From Treponema sp. (GTDB lineage: Bacteria > Spirochaetota > Spirochaetia > Treponematales > Breznakiellaceae), in NCBI GenBank assembly GCA_009785045.1, contig WQXC01000001.1:1-42229 (forward strand): 42,229 bases of DNA, written 5' to 3'. This document shows positions 36,453 to 42,229 of this stretch, piece by piece. The stretch's first letter is position 1. Each line of letters begins with the position of its first letter. The position numbers and the translations under genes were made by a program. Under the pieces are notes generated by a model. It searched no databases and was not told where the DNA came from. It was given only the letters and a program-made list of their open reading frames with translations.

Positions 36453-37444
36453 TTGCTGCGCTCCTCGTTTGTAAGTTTTACAAAGATATCTTCTATACTT
36501 AATTTTTTCCTGCTCATACCAAGTATTTTAAAGTTTTGCGAAACTGCCCAGTCAAAAATAAGTTCGCCGGCATTTGAGTTTTCTGTCTCGGAAGGAACAA
36601 AGAAATTTGCCGAGGCAAAACCGTTATCAGTTATTTCTACCATTGTATTGGATAAATTACCAAGTAATGACAGCTTGTCTCTAATCGTATCAGCATCAGG
36701 TTCGCCTGAGCATTTTAGAAGAAGTTCCCAGGTGTCTCCGCCTTTCATTGTTCCGGCAATCTCATCCGGCCGGCCAAGAGCGGCAATGCGTCCATCATTA
36801 ATGATTAATACCTGAGTGCAGATTGCCTCTACTTCCTGCAAAATGTGAGTGGAAAGAATAACAGTTTTGCGCTTGCCCAATTCTTTAATAAGCGAGCGGA
36901 TTTCAATAATCTGATTTGGATCAAGACCTGTGGTCGGCTCATCAAGAATTAATATGGGAGGATCATGAAGTATCGCCTGCGCAAGACCAACACGCTGACG
37001 GTACCCCTTTGAAAGTGTTTCTATTTTGCGGCCCCTGTAACCAATAAGTCCGCAGGCTTCCAGGCTTGTATCAATTGCAGATTCACGCTCTTCAACCGGA
37101 ATAAAACGCGCTTCCGCTGCAAAGGTTAAATATTCGTCAACGGTAAGATCTCCGTAAAGCGGAACATTTTCCGGCAGATAGCCAATCCGTTTTTTTATTT
37201 CCAATGGCTGTTCATCTACTGGAATTCCATCTACAAGAGCTGATCCACTTGATTGAAAATGAAAACCGGTCAGTATTTTCATTACGGTTGTTTTGCCTGC
37301 GCCATTCGGCCCAAGAAAACCCAATACCTCACTGTCGCCGACAGAAAAAGATACATCTGTAACAGCTTGTACATTTCCATACAGTTTCGACAGGTTTTTA
37401 ACTTCGATTTTTGCTTGTTTTTCCTGCTTTACCTGAGTATCCAT
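36449..37444 (-). CDS. ABC transporter ATP-binding protein (GldA-like)
   Basis: GPNGAGKTT, LSKGYRQRVG, ILDEPT and STH motifs. Confidence 0.93.
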   Translation of the reverse strand: MDTQVKQEKQAKIEVKNLSKLYGNVQAVTDVSFSVGDSEVLGFLGPNGAGKTTVMKILTGFHFQSSGSALVDGIPVDEQPLEIKKRIGYLPENVPLYGDLTVDEYLTFAAEARFIPVEERESAIDTSLEACGLIGYRGRKIETLSKGYRQRVGLAQAILHDPPILILDEPTTGLDPNQIIEIRSLIKELGKRKTVILSTHILQEVEAICTQVLIINDGRIAALGRPDEIAGTMKGGDTWELLLKCSGEPDADTIRDKLSLLGNLSNTMVEITDNGFASANFFVPSETENSNAGELIFDWAVSQNFKILGMSRKKLSIEDIFVKLTNEERSK

Positions 37445-37466
37445 TAATTAACATTCCTTTTTATTT

Positions 37467-37495
37467 ATAATACATAACTAATCACAGGGTTACAA
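37467..37495 (-). promoter_or_regulatory. Sigma70-type promoter of the ABC operon
   Basis: Minus strand TTGTAA-17 bp-TATTAT, followed by an AAGGA RBS. Confidence 0.5.
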
Positions 37496-37535
37496 AATTA
37501 AACCGCGGATAATTCTTGTGTTTATCATAGCAAAT

Positions 37536-38465
37536 TTAGTCTGCGTATTCAATCGGGAAAACGGCGCGATCTTTGGTTAAAACAGTTTCCGGAAAAACAG
37601 CCCTGGCTTCGGCAAGAAGCTGCTTTAGTTCATGTTCTGTATAACGCGGACTGTAGTGAATCAATGCCATTTTTTTTACTCCGGACGAAGCAGCGGCGAT
37701 TTTAGCAGCCTCTTCGGCGGTCATATGTTTTTTTGAATGGGCGTCTTCTGCAAGTTCCTGCGCAAACATACCTTCGCAAATAAAAAGATCGGAACCTATA
37801 ACATGGGTGGAAATTTCCGGCAGCGCAAGAGAATCTGTAACAAACGAAAACTTTCTGCCCTGCCGGATCGGACCCATAACCTGATCGGGTTTTATTTCCC
37901 TGCCGTCCGGAGTCTGAACAGTTTCTCCTTTTTGCAATTTACCCCACAATTTTCCCATCGGAATATTCAGCTCTTCTGCTTTTTGCGGATGAAACTCTCC
38001 AGGACGTTTGTCTTCTTCCAGCGTATAACCGTAACATGGCTTTGTGTGAGACAACGGAAAACACCGCACATGAAACCCATCTCCTTTGTACACGATACCA
38101 GGTGATGTAATTTCCTGCACAATTATTTCATAATTAATGTACATATCCAGCACACGCCGGCTGGCTTCGATATATTCGGCAATTTTAGGCGGACCAATAA
38201 TATACAGCGGTTCATCTCTGTCCACCTGGGACGAAAGCATAAGAAGCCCTGGAATACCGGTAACATGATCGGCATGAGTGTGACTTATAAAAATAACTGA
38301 TATTTTTTTCCATCTAAGATTCAGCCGCCGCAGTGATACTTGAGTCCCCTCTCCGCAGTCAAAGAGAAAAAGTTCACCTTCCCGCCGCAGTAAAACCGAT
38401 GTTAAATGCCTGTTGGGCAGCGGCATCATCCCGCCGCAGCCGAGTATAAATGCTTCCAGATTCAT
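37536..38465 (-). CDS. rnz: Ribonuclease Z
   Basis: DCGEGTQ, HTHADH metallo-beta-lactamase motif, flexible arm (LNIPMGKLWGKL), and HYSPRY. Confidence 0.95.
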   Translation of the reverse strand: MNLEAFILGCGGMMPLPNRHLTSVLLRREGELFLFDCGEGTQVSLRRLNLRWKKISVIFISHTHADHVTGIPGLLMLSSQVDRDEPLYIIGPPKIAEYIEASRRVLDMYINYEIIVQEITSPGIVYKGDGFHVRCFPLSHTKPCYGYTLEEDKRPGEFHPQKAEELNIPMGKLWGKLQKGETVQTPDGREIKPDQVMGPIRQGRKFSFVTDSLALPEISTHVIGSDLFICEGMFAQELAEDAHSKKHMTAEEAAKIAAASSGVKKMALIHYSPRYTEHELKQLLAEARAVFPETVLTKDRAVFPIEYAD

Positions 38466-38484
38466 TACAGAAAAACTGCCTTAT

Positions 38485-39663
38485 CTATTCTTCTTTTGGA
38501 TTAATCTTGTATTCTTTAATATCATCGCCGCAGATAATCGCGCAATTTCGTCCGCTGCCTTTTGCAGTATAAAGAGCTTTATCGGCAAGGTCATAAAGAA
38601 TTTTGGTTTCCTGATAAGCGCCGCACTTGGAAATATAAACTCCGATACTCATTGTTACATAATCGCTTACTTTCGATTTTTCGTGCGGCATTTTTAACGC
38701 TCTTATCGCATTTGTCCAATGAGTAATAACCTTGTCAACATGAGAAGGATCTTTTTCAAACCAAAGCGCGGCAAATTCTTCACCGCCGACCCTGGCAGTA
38801 TAAACACCCATATCATCCTTTAAGGCATTTAACATAACGCCTATTGAGCGCAGACATTCATCACCCTTTGGATGCCCGTAGTGGTCATTATAAAATTTAA
38901 AGAAATCGATATCGGCAATTGCAATACAAAGGAAGTCATCAGAAGAACGATAATTGGATAAATACCTTTGGAATGTACCCATGAAGTCACGTCGGTTTCT
39001 AAGCTGGGTTAACTCATCAGTAATACTTTGATCTACATATTTGTTGCGTTCTTCCTCAAGCTGATTCGCGCTTAATTCAAGTCCAAGACGGAGCTTGGTG
39101 ATGTGCCAGGAGAAATATAAACCCAGCGAACCTGCAATAATCACATAAATTACATCGTAAATCCAAATGGCATATTCTCTTTTTGCAATGATGGTAGATA
39201 CAATAAAAGCGGTAACCGCTCCTAACGTAAGAAAAAGATTAAAACGCGGCGAATTAATAAATAATAAAAGAGCGCAAACAAAAAAACAAAGCACAAGAGA
39301 AGCAGGTTTATCCTTGTTTGCCCATACGCCAAAATATGTTCCAAAAAGCATCAAATTAGCATAGAAAAGAGTAATTAAAATATATATAATCCGGCTGGTA
39401 ACATTTATCTGCTGCATTACAAAATTCGCATAGGCAGAAATTAACAGAGCAATAACACCTACTCCAATATAGATACCAGCTTTAATAAAATTATAATCTT
39501 CTGTAAATATTGGTACGAGTGCACATAGAATAGAAAATACTGCAACTATTGCATTTCCCTGACGCAAACTCGGCAGGTTATTAACAAATGCATTGGTTAT
39601 ACATTTCTGATACTGTTCCCTTCCGAACGTATAAAAACGCCATGAGTACAAAAACTTACGCAT
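38485..39663 (-). CDS. Membrane-bound diguanylate cyclase
   Basis: About six TMs; DELTQLRNRR, DIDFFKFYNDHYGH, ARVGGEEF and ADKALYTAK. ATG 39663 has a GGAG RBS; 39678 is the alternative start. Confidence 0.9.
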   Translation of the reverse strand: MRKFLYSWRFYTFGREQYQKCITNAFVNNLPSLRQGNAIVAVFSILCALVPIFTEDYNFIKAGIYIGVGVIALLISAYANFVMQQINVTSRIIYILITLFYANLMLFGTYFGVWANKDKPASLVLCFFVCALLLFINSPRFNLFLTLGAVTAFIVSTIIAKREYAIWIYDVIYVIIAGSLGLYFSWHITKLRLGLELSANQLEEERNKYVDQSITDELTQLRNRRDFMGTFQRYLSNYRSSDDFLCIAIADIDFFKFYNDHYGHPKGDECLRSIGVMLNALKDDMGVYTARVGGEEFAALWFEKDPSHVDKVITHWTNAIRALKMPHEKSKVSDYVTMSIGVYISKCGAYQETKILYDLADKALYTAKGSGRNCAIICGDDIKEYKINPKEE

Positions 39664-39743
39664 AAATCTCCCTTTCATTACTAATATATCATTTAAATGG
39701 GGAAAATAAAAGGGGGAAAAACCGTTTTTTATACAAATAAACT

Positions 39744-39772
39744 ATAAAAAAAACCCAATAAAAATGGGGTGT
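39744..39772 (-). terminator. Weak candidate terminator after the DUF2804 gene
   Basis: Minus strand CCCA-loop-TGGG followed by a T-run; the stem is short. Confidence 0.3.
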
Positions 39773-39773
39773 T

Positions 39774-40802
39774 TTAATACCTCATTTTGCTCCGCTCTGC
39801 GAAACCGGTCAAATTATGGAATTCTATAACAGAGCCATCGTCCAGTTGTACCCTGCCGGAAAAAACTCCAAAAACCTGACGGCGGGTAGAATTGAACAAA
39901 AACAGGCTCCGGCGGTCGATCCGCTCCTGGTGGGGTATAAATGTCATTTCCAGGCGATTATCGTTACTGGTAAAACGCCAGGGAGAAAGCCAGTTGGAAA
40001 GGGGTATATGAAAGGTTACCTGATCAAGTTTATGCAGTTTTCCATCGATGAAAAAACCATTTTCAGTCCCTTGTGAGAAATCAGCCCAGCTATAGCCTAC
40101 GCACAGGCTTAACTGACTGCCGCAGCTCTGCCCGCAGGCAGCAGCCCAATAGCGGATATCGGCCTTTGGACGGGCAGATCGATTCCAGTCAAAAATACCC
40201 CAGGCGTTTCCTTTGGTAAAGATAATTTCTGAACCGCCAAATTGAATTACCCCTTCAACAATGAACCATGGGGAACAGCGGGCATATCTGAATGCGTTTT
40301 TATCATTTCTCCAGGGTTGATGGGTAACAAGCGATTCAGAGTCCTTAAATTCACTTAAAACCAGAGCGCCCCTTAAGCTGCGGTTGTGTCCAAAACTAGG
40401 TATATCCGCCTTGATAATCCTGGCTCCTCCCTCCATACATATAAAATCCAGGTGCGTTTTCTTTTTACGCCAGCGGACATTCCCCGTCATACTGCTGGAC
40501 GGCATTTCGTAAGAGCCAAGAGGAATTGAGGTTTTAAAGGTGTGGGTTGAACGTTTTTTGTCTCTCAGGGAAACAACAGAAATACCCATATATCCAAGTA
40601 AACCGTCATCCCGGATTTCGAAGACTACCATATGGGTTGGAGAGTGAATAATATACCTGTCTGATTCAGTTACCCTGTGCCTGGCTGCATAAATATGCGA
40701 GGAATCGTATAAATACTTAGCTCCTCTTGACCAGCCAAAATTAAACGGATGACCTTGATCATCCAGTATAGGCAGAGGATCGCAAATTTCAATTTGAGGC
40801 AT
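39774..40802 (-). CDS. DUF2804-family protein
   Basis: FGWSR, GIFDWNR, TENGFFIDGKLHKL, PWRFTS and QVFGVFSG motifs. Confidence 0.78.
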   Translation of the reverse strand: MPQIEICDPLPILDDQGHPFNFGWSRGAKYLYDSSHIYAARHRVTESDRYIIHSPTHMVVFEIRDDGLLGYMGISVVSLRDKKRSTHTFKTSIPLGSYEMPSSSMTGNVRWRKKKTHLDFICMEGGARIIKADIPSFGHNRSLRGALVLSEFKDSESLVTHQPWRNDKNAFRYARCSPWFIVEGVIQFGGSEIIFTKGNAWGIFDWNRSARPKADIRYWAAACGQSCGSQLSLCVGYSWADFSQGTENGFFIDGKLHKLDQVTFHIPLSNWLSPWRFTSNDNRLEMTFIPHQERIDRRSLFLFNSTRRQVFGVFSGRVQLDDGSVIEFHNLTGFAERSKMRY

Positions 40803-40862
40803 AGTTCAACCTTGCAGATTGTACCTGTGGACACGAATAGGCATGCATGATAATAAGATAAC

Positions 40863-42229
40863 ATGGATTATACCGGAATGAAAGCATTAGTAATGGGGCT
40901 TGGTCTGCATGGGGGCGGTCTGGAATCCGCGCGTTTTTTACTTAAGCGCGGAGCGGAAGTAACAGTTACCGACCTTAGAGACGAAGAAACCCTTAAACCT
41001 TCGATAGAGGAGCTGGACAAAATTTGCCAGGAACTTGGAAGACAACCTGTCCGTTATGTTCTTGGAAAACACGAAATTGATGATTTTAAAAATGCCGGTA
41101 TTGTGATAAAAAATCCCGGTGTAAGACCGGATTCACCGTTTCTGCAGGTTTCCCAATGTATAGAAACAGACATTTCTTTGTTCCTGAAAGAATCACCGGC
41201 AAGAATTTTTGCCGTTACCGGTTCCAAAGGAAAATCCGGCACAGTATCCGCCTTGCATTGGATTCTTTCGCGCGGCAGAGACGCTGGTAAATCATTTCTT
41301 GGCGGAAATATAACAGTAAGCCCGTTAACTTTTTTAGATGAACTAACAGATAAAGACGATGTAGTGCTTGAACTTTCCAGTTTTCAGTTGGGAGATTTAA
41401 GAGGACGTATCGCTCCGGACGGAAACGTTTTGTTAAAACCGGCAGCGGCTATTCTTACGACAATTTTACCAGATCATCTTGATCGTTATCCATCAATGGA
41501 TGTATACATCGATGATAAAAGAAACATTTACCGCGGTCAGGATTCGGATTGCTTAACAGTTGCAGGCGATGATGCTTGGGGAAAAAGTTTTCGCGCAGAA
41601 ACCAAAGCGCGCACTTTAACATGGTCCTGCAAACAAAGCGAGCAGTCTCCATTTAGCGAAGGTTTAAGCGGCGGCTGGATTACCCCCGAGGGCTGCGGAC
41701 TTGCACGTCTTTATAACTGGTCCGGAGTTTCCGGAGAAATTGTTGAACTGGTACCGCAGCAGGTACTTGTACAGGGAAGTCATCAAAAACTGAATATGCT
41801 CTCGGCGGCGCTTGCGGCCTTCGGCCTTGGAGTAAAGGCGCATACGATTCACAGCGCGCTTGCATCATATCCCGGGATTGAACACAGAATCGAGTTTTTC
41901 CACACTGCCAACGGTGTGCGCTTTTTTAACGACAGCGCCGCCACAATACCGCAAGCCGCCGTTGCCTGCGTGGAGGCATTGTCCGCAGAAGCGCCTCTCG
42001 TTCTTGTTACCGGCGGCACCGATAAAAACCTGGATTTTTCAGCGCTTGCACAGGCAGCAAAAAAAGCAAAAGCTATTATCCTGCTTGCCGGCACCGGCAG
42101 CGAAAAACTAACACAGCAGTTGGATAAAACAGGCATTTCTTACAGCGGTCCTTATGATAATCTTGATGAAGCTGTAACCTGCGCAATAAATAAAGCTGCA
42201 AATATAAAATCCGCCGGAGAAACCTGCAC
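40863..42229 (+). CDS. murD: UDP-N-acetylmuramoyl-L-alanine--D-glutamate ligase; runs off the window edge
   Basis: Manual translation: MGLGLHGGG, KNPGV, VTGSKGKS, GGNI, LELSSFQL, DHLDRY, EHRIE, NDSAAT and GGTDK. Not in the ORF track. Confidence 0.95.
   Translation, partial: MDYTGMKALVMGLGLHGGGLESARFLLKRGAEVTVTDLRDEETLKPSIEELDKICQELGRQPVRYVLGKHEIDDFKNAGIVIKNPGVRPDSPFLQVSQCIETDISLFLKESPARIFAVTGSKGKSGTVSALHWILSRGRDAGKSFLGGNITVSPLTFLDELTDKDDVVLELSSFQLGDLRGRIAPDGNVLLKPAAAILTTILPDHLDRYPSMDVYIDDKRNIYRGQDSDCLTVAGDDAWGKSFRAETKARTLTWSCKQSEQSPFSEGLSGGWITPEGCGLARLYNWSGVSGEIVELVPQQVLVQGSHQKLNMLSAALAAFGLGVKAHTIHSALASYPGIEHRIEFFHTANGVRFFNDSAATIPQAAVACVEALSAEAPLVLVTGGTDKNLDFSALAQAAKKAKAIILLAGTGSEKLTQQLDKTGISYSGPYDNLDEAVTCAINKAANIKSAGETC

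Noticed and set aside
33149-37444. Gliding motility system
   Set aside because: GldA/F/G-like modules are common in non-gliding bacteria, and no motor genes are present in the window.
41054-42136. Short ORFs listed at the right end
   Set aside because: They all lie within murD, which the track missed because it has no stop codon in the window.

Overview
This window looks like chromosomal DNA from a spirochete, most likely a Treponema-type organism. That is an inference from gene content and protein styles; no database was searched. It is mostly housekeeping genes: birA (partial), thrH, era, a ferredoxin missed by the ORF track, a LysM/M23 peptidase, smpB, an FtsB/DivIC-like gene, two Maf/DUF115 paralogs, amrB, two GGDEF proteins, a GldA/F/G-like ABC system with DUF4340, rnz, DUF2804 and murD (partial). 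A 16.2-kb gene encodes a 5410-aa secreted repeat protein with Cys/His junction modules and a FlgD-Ig C-terminal domain. It is coupled to era and flanked by a Phd/PIN toxin-antitoxin pair. The best leads are: (1) an unannotated ~100-nt structured RNA candidate at 22805-22905 with a FliA-like promoter, a C-rich anti-Shine-Dalgarno loop and a terminator; (2) the giant protein's CTD-like tail and probable metal-binding modules; (3) a Maf gene with no canonical start codon for ~195 codons; (4) a recurring FliA-like promoter motif; (5) an acidic scaffold-like protein. I saw no CRISPR array, rRNA, tRNA or transposase.
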